Assembly (NCBI GenBank): GCA_965213625.1
Contig: CBDBZU010000004.1
Coordinates: 288,001 to 352,000 of the forward strand
Direction of reading: 5' to 3'
DNA from: a bacterium
GTDB taxonomy: Bacteria > UBA8248
DNA: 64,000 nt
Positions 30,111 to 40,171 of the stretch are shown here, piece after piece (position 1 is the first letter of the stretch; each line of letters starts with the position of its first letter). A program made the translations under genes and the position numbers. The notes beneath the pieces were generated by a model. That model did no database searches, was not told where the DNA came from, and was given only the letters and a program-made list of their open reading frames with translations.

Positions 30111-30425
30111 ATGAGACCTAACGCGATGGCTCTAAAGACGATAGCGGCAGTGGTGGCACTGGCGGTGACTTTCATGAGCGCACCGGCAACCGCGCACATT
30201 CCGAAATCCTGCCATGCAAAATACAACCAACAAATAAAGGCAGCTCATTATGACGTGAAATCTGTGGGACGTGTCGTGAAGAAACGTTTGAAAACAGAAG
30301 GATGGAGCGAAGACAAAGAAAAAATGAAAAAGATTGTACAATTGCTGCTCCTGGAAAGAAAAAGAATATCCAATCTTGCGAATTTGGTTATCAAACTCGC
30401 GGCGTGCGCCAATAAGAAAAAATAG
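30111..30425 (+). CDS. Small secreted basic hypothetical protein
   Basis: Signal-peptide-like MALKTIAAVVALAVTFMSAPATA, Lys-rich helical body, two Cys. Confidence 0.5.
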   Translation: MRPNAMALKTIAAVVALAVTFMSAPATAHIPKSCHAKYNQQIKAAHYDVKSVGRVVKKRLKTEGWSEDKEKMKKIVQLLLLERKRISNLANLVIKLAACANKKK

Positions 30426-30858
30426 AAACCACGGCTTTCGAACCAGAGGATTCCGATGAGTTGGATTGTCGGACCGGGAGATGGACAATGTTAAAAAATC
30501 TGAATTCATACCCATGTAATAACTGCGCAAGTCCTCCCCCCCCCCCCCCCGAGAATCTCGGTACTAACTTTTTTCAGATCGGCATCGGAAAAGAACCACA
30601 TGGAAATTCCGGCGCCGATACCTTTCCAGGTTCCATTTCAAACCGTCCAGGCCACAGTTCGGCTTCGAACTTACGTCTCGGAAACCCTCTTGAGAACGGG
30701 CATCCATCAACCCTTGCGCCCAAGTTACGGGCAGAAAAATGCTTTAGGCTGTTGAAATCAGGGTCTGTTCCTGGTCATTCGAGTTCAAGTATTCGGGAGC
30801 CTATCTTGTTCGTTCTTGCTGATGTGGTTGCCGAATTAACCACAACCAAGAGAATAAA

Positions 30859-32262
30859 ATGACGCGACACAATAAGAAAGTAAACCATAAAACCTTTTTT
30901 TCTTTCATGATGATTTTGATAAAAATTGCTTGCGTTTACACATTATCGGGCTGTGGTGGAGGGTGTGGCGGTAGCATGCCCGGCACTGGCCCAATGGTAA
31001 TGCCGGAACAGCCGGAAATGCCCGAGCAGCCGCCAATGGATACTGTCACGCTCCCAATGGATTTCGTCACCCACGCAAATCCTGGTGCGTTGGACCCGCT
31101 GCTGTCGTTCCGCGCCGAGTCAGCTCCCGCGTCCAGCAGGTTCGATTACCAACGCGAAGCTCCCTCTGGTGCTCCCGCGCTTGAGATCACCCGCTACACG
31201 GCACCCGGAACAATTGCGCCCGCTGATCTGACACCAATGTTAGAACGCGCGGCCAAGCTCTGGACCAGGCGCTTCTTGGGTCTCCGAGCCCCTGGTAGGG
31301 AGCATCAATTCTTCCCGCATGCGGAACCAGGCGCCGATATCCGGATTGAACTGGATTTCCTCGTCGGCTATGAGCAACCTCGCTGTCCAGACACTGCTGC
31401 CTGTGGGAACCATTACGGTGATCGCCTGATGCTGCCCTCCGGGCGCGCAAATGGCGGTGAGAATCCGCACGTTACCGTCATGACTGCGTTTCTGACCCGG
31501 AATGTACGCGATGGAAAACTCACGATCGGCGGTTTTCGTACACTGGCGCACGAGTTCGGACATATTTTCGACCACGGCGACCAGAGCAACGATGGTAATT
31601 ACCATTCGGATTGCCGTGGCGGTGCTATCATGTGCGATATCTGGGACTCGAACGTACCTGCGGTCCCGGTAGAACAAGACTTCGACGGTATTCGTCACCA
31701 TTACGATTTGAGGCCCCACCTCGACTACGAACAGTTCGGCATCTGGGCCGAAGTTCCGGGAGAAAATTCTAACCTCGAGCGCTTCGGCGTGTATGTAAGG
31801 CGAATGCTGACGGTCAAGGATGCCATCGATATTTGGGATGTATCGGCCTCCGAATTCATCAGCGATCTGGTCTCGAGCTAGACCATCGTCTTGGGCGTCG
31901 CGAGCAGCGGACCGCACCCCGGCATTGGAACAGTGACGTGGAGCGGCGACCTGATCGCGGTCGATACGACTCGTTTCCAACCGATCCTTGGCACGGCTCG
32001 CTTGAATATGGACCTGACGTCTGTCGAATCACTTGATGTGTCGTTCACTGGCTTGCGCCGGACCGATGACGCTCGCGGGACCCACAATATCCCGAATCTG
32101 GACTACACGCTTGTGCGAATCGGAACAACCTTGGTCGACGCACGTGGTACCGTAGCCGCCAACTTCTACGCCGTTGACTCGGATCCTGGCGGCGCTGTCG
32201 CTGGCAAGCTTCATGATGACACGCAGAACCTGATGGGGGCCTTTGGGGCGCTTCGCGATTAA
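30859..32262 (+). pseudogene. Lipoprotein with an HExxH metallopeptidase motif and a TbpB-like barrel C-terminus, interrupted by an in-frame TAG (31879-31881)
   Basis: LSGCGGG lipobox, TLAHEFGHIF, and an in-frame continuation VTWSGDLIAVD...ANFY...AVAGKL...MGAFGALRD. Confidence 0.6.
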
Positions 32263-32452
32263 TTGGTGGTTAAATTGGGGATGGATACAACTCATTTATT
32301 GACTTGAGCGCACAGAGCGGAGGATTGGTCACCCTATCAGGAAGAGAAAAAGATGGAATAGAAGCAGGGCTTGTCGAACTGATCAGTAGTGGCGTCTCCG
32401 ATGAGTCGCCCAACATAAATTTCCGCTCACCTGAATTGAGGAGGAATCGCCA

Positions 32453-33781
32453 ATGTCCGATTTGAAACACATTCTTGCTTTTACAGTTGCCGCATCCTTT
32501 GCACTACTCCTGGCCGGATGTGGCGGTGGCGACAACAACAAGGCACAGCCTCCTGCCCAAATGCCGCCGACTACCGGTACCGTAACCGAATTCGCCGGTT
32601 TGAATCCCACAAACGCCGACTACGCGGCGACTGCCGCTAGCAGAGCCGCTGATGCCAGACCCCGCTCGGGCAGTATCACACAGTCATCGAACGTCAATAA
32701 CGGCATCACGGTGGATCGCGTATCGGTGACGGCTCAGCATGGAGCTGGCCGGAACAACTACTCGATTCACAACGGGTCATCGTGGTCCATCAGCACAAGC
32801 GACGGCAATCCCGTAACGATTTCCGCTAACGCACCATTCGATGGCCAGGAACTGTACAAGCGCATCAATGGGGGCATACTCTACGTCGATGTCTATTCCG
32901 ATATCGAGGCGCCCAAAACTACTACCATCACCACGACGATGCCCGGTCAGCCCCAGGATGTCGGGTCCGGAGACCGAATAGTAGGTCTTTCCTGCTTGGG
33001 ACCGAGTTGTGCGGCGGACTCTCAAGAAGGGACACTGAATGGCGTAAGCGGTACGTTCAGCTGCCCTTCCGGTTGCAGCATTCAATTCGGAGGATTGTCA
33101 CTCTCTAGTGGCAGCAACATTTCCTTTCAGGGAGCCACATTCAATGGCCTGGTAGTCGGAGAGGACGAATTTAGGGTCACTTCCGCGACAGGCATAACGT
33201 TTACGCCAGCGCAATCGACACAGCCGTCTGAGCAGACGACTCCCGACACAGACTATCTGGCGGGTGGTGTCTGGCTGTTCGTACCCGACGACGCGACGAG
33301 CGCCGACGATGTAGTGATCGGAGCCTTCGGGGATGGCAACGACCCGTTCGACCAGAACAACCTGATGGCGGTGCAAGGCTCGGCGGACTATGTCGGTTTG
33401 GCGACAGGCGTCTACGCGGACAAATTAGAAAATGAAGTCGGATATTGGGGCGGCAACGTGACCCTGACGGCTGACTTCGGGGGGCGAAGCGACCTGGGAT
33501 CGATTAGCGGTACGATCACTGGCATCGAAGCAGACGGCGAAAGCCAATCAGGCTCCGTGAGCCTGGGTCGGGCCAATATCGGGTCTTCGAACAGCGGTTT
33601 CTTTGAGGGGCAGTTGAGCGGCGCCGTCAACGGGAGCGGTTTGACCGGCCGATGGGGCGGACAGTTCTTCGGAAACAGCGAGACGGACGGCAAGCCCGGG
33701 TCCATCGGCGGGACGCTGGGCGCACGATCTCAAGACCACAGCCTGAGCTTCGTGGGAGTCTTCGGCGCCTACAAGCAGTGA
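32453..33781 (+). CDS. Surface lipoprotein with a transferrin-binding-protein-like C-terminal beta-barrel
   Basis: LLAGCGGG lipobox, DYLAGGVWL, ADYVGLATGVY, VTLTADFG, GRWGGQFFG and FVGVFGAYKQ. Confidence 0.7.
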   Translation: MSDLKHILAFTVAASFALLLAGCGGGDNNKAQPPAQMPPTTGTVTEFAGLNPTNADYAATAASRAADARPRSGSITQSSNVNNGITVDRVSVTAQHGAGRNNYSIHNGSSWSISTSDGNPVTISANAPFDGQELYKRINGGILYVDVYSDIEAPKTTTITTTMPGQPQDVGSGDRIVGLSCLGPSCAADSQEGTLNGVSGTFSCPSGCSIQFGGLSLSSGSNISFQGATFNGLVVGEDEFRVTSATGITFTPAQSTQPSEQTTPDTDYLAGGVWLFVPDDATSADDVVIGAFGDGNDPFDQNNLMAVQGSADYVGLATGVYADKLENEVGYWGGNVTLTADFGGRSDLGSISGTITGIEADGESQSGSVSLGRANIGSSNSGFFEGQLSGAVNGSGLTGRWGGQFFGNSETDGKPGSIGGTLGARSQDHSLSFVGVFGAYKQ

Positions 33782-33809
33782 TGGACTAGCACGTTCGCCT
33801 TCTAGCGCA

Positions 33810-34340
33810 CCCAGCAACGCTCGCCACTGATTTCTGCGTTTGTGGAACGACTCACGACGCTGCACCGTGAGCGCAAGCGAATGGCGAGATTGCTGATCAA
33901 GGACGTCACCCTGGCCAAGGGCGAAGAGTTGCTCTTGGGAGTGCGTCTGCGCTCCGGCGCCGGAGCGGCCCGCGCATGAAGTTTACAAAACCCCCGGCGA
34001 AGTCTTTGCCGAGATCGACAGATTGCTCGAAGACCACACTGACCCCGAGATCGCGACAATCCTCAATGAGCGAGATTACCGGAGCGGATACGGCCACGCC
34101 TTCCACAAGGGGATAGTCTGGAAGATCCGCACCAACCATGCCCTGAGGTCGCGCTATGAGCGCCTGCGGTTACGCGGGCTGTTGCCCATCGAAGAGATCG
34201 CTGAACTGCTCACCGTCTCGACATGGGCAATCAAGAAATGGCGCGCAAGCGCGAGTTTTTTACACGGACACGCCTATAACGATAAACCCTGCCGCCTGTA
34301 CGATCTTCCGGAGTATCCGCCGATCAAACGAGAGGGGGCA
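33810..34340 (+). pseudogene. C-terminal remnant of a large serine recombinase-family gene
   Basis: Fragments LWNDSR..RERKRMARLLIKDVTL and LLEDHTDPEIATILNERDYRSG...SRYERLRLRGLL..EIAELL in different frames. Confidence 0.55.
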
Positions 34341-34825
34341 GTATCTCGCGACAGCTTCTGCGAACGTCGGTGGTGTAACCATGTGTAACATTCGGTAATA
34401 AGGTGATGGAGGTTGGCCAAGCGTGGGTACAAACAGAGCACACTACACAAAATCAACAAACGCATCTAGTATCGGTGATGACCCAAATGATTGAAGAAAA
34501 TCATTACTGCTAAAACAATCGTGAAACCATCAAGAGCACAGAATATAAAACCGAAATATCATCTTGTTTAATACTCGCCAACTTCTTCCTCGTTAAGTCA
34601 ATAGGACTTGCCCGATATCGTATCATCCAGGATTGTGTGTGTTGTGAGAAATCGCATTCCGAGAGAGGCAAACATCGCTACCTATATGGCTCAGGAGCCA
34701 AAGGGACTGAACACCGGTCGATCGAACTTTTTAGCAAACTACGAAACACGATCGTAAATTTCTCCTTAGAAACTTCAAATCTTTACACCATTACTAATTG
34801 TGGGATGATGTCCACGCCGGATAGA

Positions 34826-35160
34826 TCAATTCGGCTGGTTTGTCGCTAATCTGCCCGGTAATTCCGGCATGACTTGGGAATTATTCCTGCTGATTTTCTT
34901 TCCTCCGCGAGCTTCCATGTCACGCATAATGGCCTGCGCAGTGAACATTGCCGAACGCAAGAGGTGGGTATCCGCCTCCGTGCGGGGCCATTCGCGGTGC
35001 TCTAGGGCTTCCATCACGAACTCTACCACTGTCGGTTGGGCGACATTTCGCGCTTTTCGGCCTCATTTTCAATTCGTTTCCACTGCTCGGACGTGAAGCG
35101 GATGTTCTTCTGTGTTGTCTGCGCCATTTGTTTTGCCGCTCCTATCGTGAATGTTTTCAT
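34826..35160 (-). pseudogene. Small putative DNA-binding (RHH-like) protein, frameshifted near 35031
   Basis: MAQTTQKNIRFTSEQWKRIENEAEKREMSPNR / VVEFVMEALEHREWPRT in two frames. Confidence 0.4.
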
Positions 35161-35853
35161 CGATTCAGGTCGCAAAATGAACGCAAAATTCCAGTTTTAC
35201 TTTTAGGCCGAACACACTCGTCGCGAACCAGGAAGGTCTCGAATTGGTGCTGGAACTCGACAATACCAAATCGGTATCCATCATAGCGCAGCGCGTGTCT
35301 GGATGCTACCAATTTGGTATCCAGTAGGAAATCCCCGTATTACGCCGAGTTACAATGAGCATACGCCACCTTTAAATGCAGGGATTTCAAGGGGTTCGTG
35401 TGCTACCAGATTGGTATTGCTTTTCCGGTGTGAAGGAGGGGGTATTTAGCGTCGTTTGCGCAAGGAACTGCATGCCGGGCGCGCGCCTGTCCTGCACCTG
35501 CACCGAGGTGCGTTCCGGTGTGCTGAAAGAAGCGCCGAAGGGCGGCAAGCGTAGGGATCTTCGGGGATGCGAGTCGGGGGAATTTTGCCGGCGAGATTGG
35601 CGAGCGGGAGCGGTCGCGGCGATTGAGCGGGAAGAAGCGAGAGGCAAGAGAGTGTGAGAGCGCTGGAACTTGTACTTCCCATCACAAGCGAGAGGCGTAC
35701 GGAGACGCGGGTCTTGCGCATCGAATCATAAGCGGCGGGCGAGCAGGACGCATTAGCTTGTGTTTTTTTCACAAGCAGACGGACGACACGGGAGGTGAAG
35801 GGCCGCGCCGCCATGTTGACGGGAATGGCGACGCGACCCGTTGAGCGTTCGCA

Positions 35854-36807
35854 TCAGGCGACGATTTTCTGGACGGGGATGCCGAGGGTTTTAGCTTTGT
35901 CGACGAGGTTGTCGGTGATGCCCGAGCCGGGGAACGCGATCACGCCCTTTGGCAGGAGAGCGAGCAGCTCGTCGTTGCGCCTGAAGGGAGCGGCCCGTCC
36001 ATGCGCTTCCCAGTCCGGCTTGCATACCACCTGATGAACGCCGTTTCGCTCGGCCCATCCCGCCGCTATCTTCTCCGCACCCGGGCCGCCACCGTGGACG
36101 AGGACGACGTCGGCGTACTTGGCCTTGACCTTGTCGAGGTGGCCGATGATTTTGCCCGCATCGTTCGCCTCCTTCCCGCCCGCGACGGCGACGAGGGTTC
36201 CCTGGGGCAAGTGGGCGGTGTTCGCGCGGTCTTTTCTGGCGCGCTGGAAGTCGCGCGCCTCAATGACGGCGGAGGTGAGCTTGCCGGTCTGTGAGACGTG
36301 GGAACCTCGCCTCGGCCGCCATACCTCGCCGGTCTCGATGCGGTAGGCCTCTGCGGCCGTGTCCCTGAGTCCCTCGAACGCATCGCGCCTGTCATTCAAG
36401 TTCTGTGCGCGGTCGGTCTTGAGTTCGAGTTCGCGCGATCTGATCTCGGAGCCGTCCTGCTCGCGCTGGAGTTCGCGGATGCCGGGGATGAGTCTGTCGG
36501 CGGCGCGGTCGAGCCGCTGTGTCTGGGCGTCGAGGGCGTTGACGAAGCCCCAGAGGAGGCTCGCCCGCTCGTCGGCGAGTTGGGTGCCGTCGGGTGCTGC
36601 TTCCGCGAGCGCGCCGAAGGCCCTGATGACGGCGGCGGTTGCCTCGCCCTCGTCCCACACGGGGCGGTTGTCGAACTCGTCCGGCCCAGGCGTTGCGCCG
36701 AACAGGGCGGCCTGTTCGCAGACCATGGCGGTGAAGGATTCGTTCTGCGCTTCGTGTTCCGTGTGCTCGTGCATGATCATCTCCTTGTGGTCGTGTGTAG
36801 CGGTCAT
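35854..36807 (-). CDS. DUF2493 (YspA-like SLOG) domain protein of plasmid/ICE type
   Basis: C-terminal LVAVAGG...VLVHGGGPGAEKIAAGWA...DWEAHGRAAPFRRN...IAFPGSGIT..LVDKAKTLGIPV. Confidence 0.8.
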   Translation of the reverse strand: MTATHDHKEMIMHEHTEHEAQNESFTAMVCEQAALFGATPGPDEFDNRPVWDEGEATAAVIRAFGALAEAAPDGTQLADERASLLWGFVNALDAQTQRLDRAADRLIPGIRELQREQDGSEIRSRELELKTDRAQNLNDRRDAFEGLRDTAAEAYRIETGEVWRPRRGSHVSQTGKLTSAVIEARDFQRARKDRANTAHLPQGTLVAVAGGKEANDAGKIIGHLDKVKAKYADVVLVHGGGPGAEKIAAGWAERNGVHQVVCKPDWEAHGRAAPFRRNDELLALLPKGVIAFPGSGITDNLVDKAKTLGIPVQKIVA

Positions 36808-36828
36808 CGTTCACTCCTTCGGTTGTCC

Positions 36829-37200
36829 TCAAGCGAGGGGATGGTTGAATTCAGGAAGAGCGTAGCCACGCTCGTTGCGCCCCACTTCCCTGGGCATCTC
36901 GTCGAGATATTTGGCTGCCCACTCGGCGGCGCGCGCGAGTACGTCGCCGTGGCACGGGAGGGGATGGCAGTGGCAACCGAGTTCGCAGCCTTGGAGGTCG
37001 GCGAGTTCGTGGAGGTCCAGTTCCTGGCGCTGGATTTTTTCCCACAGCCATTGGCGGTATTTTTCGATGACGGCGTCGCGGTCGCCGTCGGGGCCGACAC
37101 GGAAGGGATTTCCCCACTTCGTCATGCGGTCGATCCTCACCAGCAAGCCGCTGCCGGGTTCATCGACATATGTGTTCAGGTTCACCACGGTGGTATCCAT
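36829..37200 (-). CDS. DUF4326 domain protein
   Basis: RIDRMTKWGNPF, DRDAVIEKYRQWL and LQGCELGCHCHPLPCHGDVL. Confidence 0.85.
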   Translation of the reverse strand: MDTTVVNLNTYVDEPGSGLLVRIDRMTKWGNPFRVGPDGDRDAVIEKYRQWLWEKIQRQELDLHELADLQGCELGCHCHPLPCHGDVLARAAEWAAKYLDEMPREVGRNERGYALPEFNHPLA

Positions 37201-37760
37201 GCCTTTCTCCTTTCGAGAGAGTTAACGGATGCGCTTCTTGGCGCCTCATTTTCAGCACGTAAGGGCATCGGGTGGTGTTGCCGATGCCCGTAGGCGGGCG
37301 AATCAAGGGCCTGTCATTTTCCGGGGGGTTCCCGAAAAACACGTTTCATCGTTTTTTGGGGGGGTACCGGCAAATGATGGCCGCTTGCGGCCACCCTTTA
37401 TTCGCCCGGCGTTCGTGCTAAAATGAGGACGCTAAGAGAGAGACACCAGTACCGCCACCGGGACACAAGAGCTTCTGGGTGTTTCACGATGAAGGCGAAG
37501 CTCATCGGGAAACAATCTCTCATGCTGCGGAAAGGGTCATTTCGGGCCGTTTTTTCCGGCCCGAAATTCCCGCAGCGGGGGGTGGACCGAGCCACTGTCT
37601 TGAGCATGGAATGATTACAGGCGCATGCCGATCTTCCGTGAACATGGTTCATCGTTCACGGAACCGGAGATTCTTCAGGAGTTCCCTGTAGACGAGAGAA
37701 GCAGGCAGGGCGGGAAAGGCGCGGGCGCTTCGGCGGTGGACTTCCTCTGGATAACGAGCG

Positions 37761-37791
37761 AAAAAAAAGGCCGACGCCGAAGCGCCGGCCC
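37761..37791 (-). terminator. Intrinsic terminator after ssb
   Basis: Reverse complement GGGCCGGCGC-TTCG-GCGTCGGCC-TTTTTTTT. Confidence 0.75.
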
Positions 37792-37800
37792 TTGAAGCAC

Positions 37801-38235
37801 TCAAAATGGGATGTCTTCCCCGACTACGCCTGCGGGCACCGCCGCCGCCTCGGCGTGTGCGCCGTTGCCATTCCCGTTCCCGTTCACCTTGTCCAGGAAC
37901 TGCACCCGCCCGCCGGGTGCTACGAGGATCTCGGTCGAGAACCGGTCCGAGTCCTCCTCGTCCTTCTTCCATCGGCGGGTCTGGAGTTTGCCCGCGACGT
38001 AGACCAGGCGGCCCTTTTTCGCGTGCCGCTCGAACATGTCCACCAGGCCGGGCTGGAAGGTCACGACCCGGTGCCACTCCACCTTCTCCACCCGATCACC
38101 CGTCTGTTTGTCCACGTAGCCCTCGTCGGTGGCGATGGATAGATTCGCGACGCGCCCCCCGCTCGCGAGATGATTGATGGTGACGTCGGCGCCGAGACGC
38201 CCGATCAGTTCCGCACGGTTCAGTCCGAATGCCAT
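37801..38235 (-). CDS. ssb: Single-stranded DNA-binding protein (mobile-element copy)
   Basis: LNRAELIGRLGAD, EWHRVV, KKGRLVYVAGKLQTRRW and C-terminal EDIPF. Confidence 0.9.
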   Translation of the reverse strand: MAFGLNRAELIGRLGADVTINHLASGGRVANLSIATDEGYVDKQTGDRVEKVEWHRVVTFQPGLVDMFERHAKKGRLVYVAGKLQTRRWKKDEEDSDRFSTEILVAPGGRVQFLDKVNGNGNGNGAHAEAAAVPAGVVGEDIPF

Positions 38236-38312
38236 GGTGATTCTCCTTCGTGGTGTGAGTGTGAAAAAGTGACGGGAGGGAGAGAGCCTTTCTCTCACCC
38301 CCCCGGTTCGCC

Positions 38313-38447
38313 CTAGACGCTACAGAACTCCTCCGTCTCGCCTTGCGCCTCGTCGCGCAGCTTGCGGATCGTGTACGCGTCGAGTCCGAGTTCTGCGAGC
38401 AGTTCGTCTGTGCTGGGAACGTCGACGTCGTAGTCGTTCTCGTACAT
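38313..38447 (-). CDS. 44-aa highly acidic small protein (below the ORF-track size cutoff)
   Basis: AGGAGG RBS 7 nt before the ATG. MYENDYDVDVPSTDELLAELGLDAYTIRKLRDEAQGETEEFCSV*, co-oriented just upstream of ssb. Confidence 0.6.
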   Translation of the reverse strand: MYENDYDVDVPSTDELLAELGLDAYTIRKLRDEAQGETEEFCSV

Positions 38448-38633
38448 GGCCGTGCCTCCTCTCGGGTTGTCGCCGGCGGCGGGAGCTGGAGACCGTCTCC
38501 CTCTCCCTACCGGGCATTTGCCCGGCTCTCCGCTTCGCTCTGCCTCTCCAACGGAGGGCCACGACCGGTGAGGGATGCTCGCAGACCACGAGCCGGAACT
38601 TGCGTCCGGTCCGGAATTCGTGTCAGATGGGGC

Positions 38634-38993
38634 ATGGACAACCGCAGACGCATCAGGCGGTGCGGCTTATGGGCGCTGGCGCTCCTGTGGCTGCCGCTCG
38701 GGGTGTTCGTGACCGCCGCCGTGCTCTTCTTGACGGCGCCCGAGGCTTGGACGCCGATGCTGCCGTCCTCGGCGCTGTCCCTGGCGCCGTGCGGTCTGTC
38801 CCTCGCCCTGGCTTGCCGACAGCTTTGGATGCTGGGTTACCGCCTGTCCGCCTGGGCGATGGGGGCGGGGCTCGGCGCGGTGACGGCGCTGCTGGTGGCG
38901 GGACTGTCCGGCCCGCTCGCGATAGCCGCCTGGGCGGTCGTGCTCAGCCTCCCGGCCTGGATGATGTGGTGGTGGCTCGCCGGGCGGAACTGA
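38634..38993 (+). CDS. Small multi-pass membrane hypothetical protein
   Basis: About four hydrophobic segments after MDNRRRIRR. Confidence 0.55.
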   Translation: MDNRRRIRRCGLWALALLWLPLGVFVTAAVLFLTAPEAWTPMLPSSALSLAPCGLSLALACRQLWMLGYRLSAWAMGAGLGAVTALLVAGLSGPLAIAAWAVVLSLPAWMMWWWLAGRN

Positions 38994-39059
38994 AGCCGGC
39001 CAGCGCCGGGCCGGCTGCGGAGCAGAGCGAGCGGCGATCCCTCCCTCCCCGCTCGGTTC

Positions 39060-39365
39060 CGGTCCGCCGTCGGGCGGGCGCTCGAGTCCCTGCTCGATAC
39101 CGTGACCCGTTCCCTGAAGGAAGGGGAGCGCGTTTCCCTCGCCGGATTCGGCACGTTTTCCGTATCGAGGCGGGCCGCGCGCAATGGCCATAACCCCCGG
39201 ACCGGCGAGAGGGTCGCGATCAAGGCGCGCAATGCGCCGAGGATCTCGGCGGCCAATGGCCTCAGGGACGCGGTAAAAAAAACGCAGGGGATCGCAAGAG
39301 AAGGCCCCGGCCATACGCATGGGGGCCGGCGGCACGTGCCCGGCGACCCGCCGGAGGGCTTCTAG
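39060..39365 (+). pseudogene. HU/IHF-family DNA-binding protein lacking its N-terminal helix
   Basis: ALESLLDTVTRSLKEGERVSLAGFGTFSVSRRAARNGHNPRTGERVAIKA; no upstream ATG in frame. Confidence 0.7.
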
Positions 39366-40171
39366 TACCCCGTCATGCTCGACATGAGAGGCTTGTCTGA
39401 CAGGACCTCGACTTCTTCCCGGGAGAGCCTTTCGAAGGCGAGGCACATGGCGACTTCTTCCCAGGAGTCCCAAGGACCGTGCTCGGCGCCCGTGGCGAGT
39501 TCAACCACGGTGTAGCGCGTCGGATGGATGGGCATTCCCTTGTGCTCGCCCGAGGAGAAATACGATCGGCGGGCGCAACACTCGCATCTCGCGGCTCCGT
39601 TCGCCGGTTCGGCGCAGTCCACGCAAAGCGACCGGGCCCGCCTGTCGGCGTACCGCACCCGGCTCGCGGCGTTCTTTCGCGGACGGCGCCTTGAATCCCT
39701 TGCGGCGCACGAAGCGCAAGTAGAAGCGTTGTCGATGACTTCCGCCCCGCACCGTCCGCATCGCCCCCCGGCGCGCCTTTCGGCGTAGAGCTTCCTCTCG
39801 GCCGCCCGGCGATCTTCGCGGCAGGGCGCGCAGACCGCGCTCCCTTCGACGGGCGCCTGCCGTCCGCACATCGCACAGAGGCCCGCCTCGCGTCGTTCGC
39901 GCCTTCGCCTCCTGTTCCTCTCCCGCGCCATGCGCCGGCGGCTCTCGGGATCCCGCCCGCCATATCGAGTACCCTCTGATTTGGCTCTGGCGTATCGGGC
40001 TTGTTCGGACTTGCGTCCTCTCTCGAGGCAGTTCGCGCAGAGGCTTCGCCCGGGCGCGGGAGGATGTTTGCCGCACCTGGGGCACATGCCCCGCGCGCGG
40101 CGCTCGGCCGCCCGCCTCCTGTGGCGTTCGCGTTCTCTCTCGCGTCGAATAACCGGATCCTTGTAGGGCAT
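39362..40171 (-). CDS. Arg-rich protein with four CxxC-x(10-12)-CxxC zinc-finger-like repeats
   Basis: CPRC..CANC, CAMC..CAPC, CGRC..CASC and CVDC..CECC, separated by basic helices. GGAG RBS before ATG 40171. Confidence 0.7.
   Translation of the reverse strand: MPYKDPVIRRERERERHRRRAAERRARGMCPRCGKHPPAPGRSLCANCLERGRKSEQARYARAKSEGTRYGGRDPESRRRMARERNRRRRRERREAGLCAMCGRQAPVEGSAVCAPCREDRRAAERKLYAERRAGGRCGRCGAEVIDNASTCASCAARDSRRRPRKNAASRVRYADRRARSLCVDCAEPANGAARCECCARRSYFSSGEHKGMPIHPTRYTVVELATGAEHGPWDSWEEVAMCLAFERLSREEVEVLSDKPLMSSMTGY

Noticed and set aside
31879-31881. Pyrrolysine recoding of the in-frame TAG
   Set aside because: This is not a methyltransferase context, no pyl genes are in the window, and the codon is not at an evident catalytic site. 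A nonsense mutation or error is more parsimonious.
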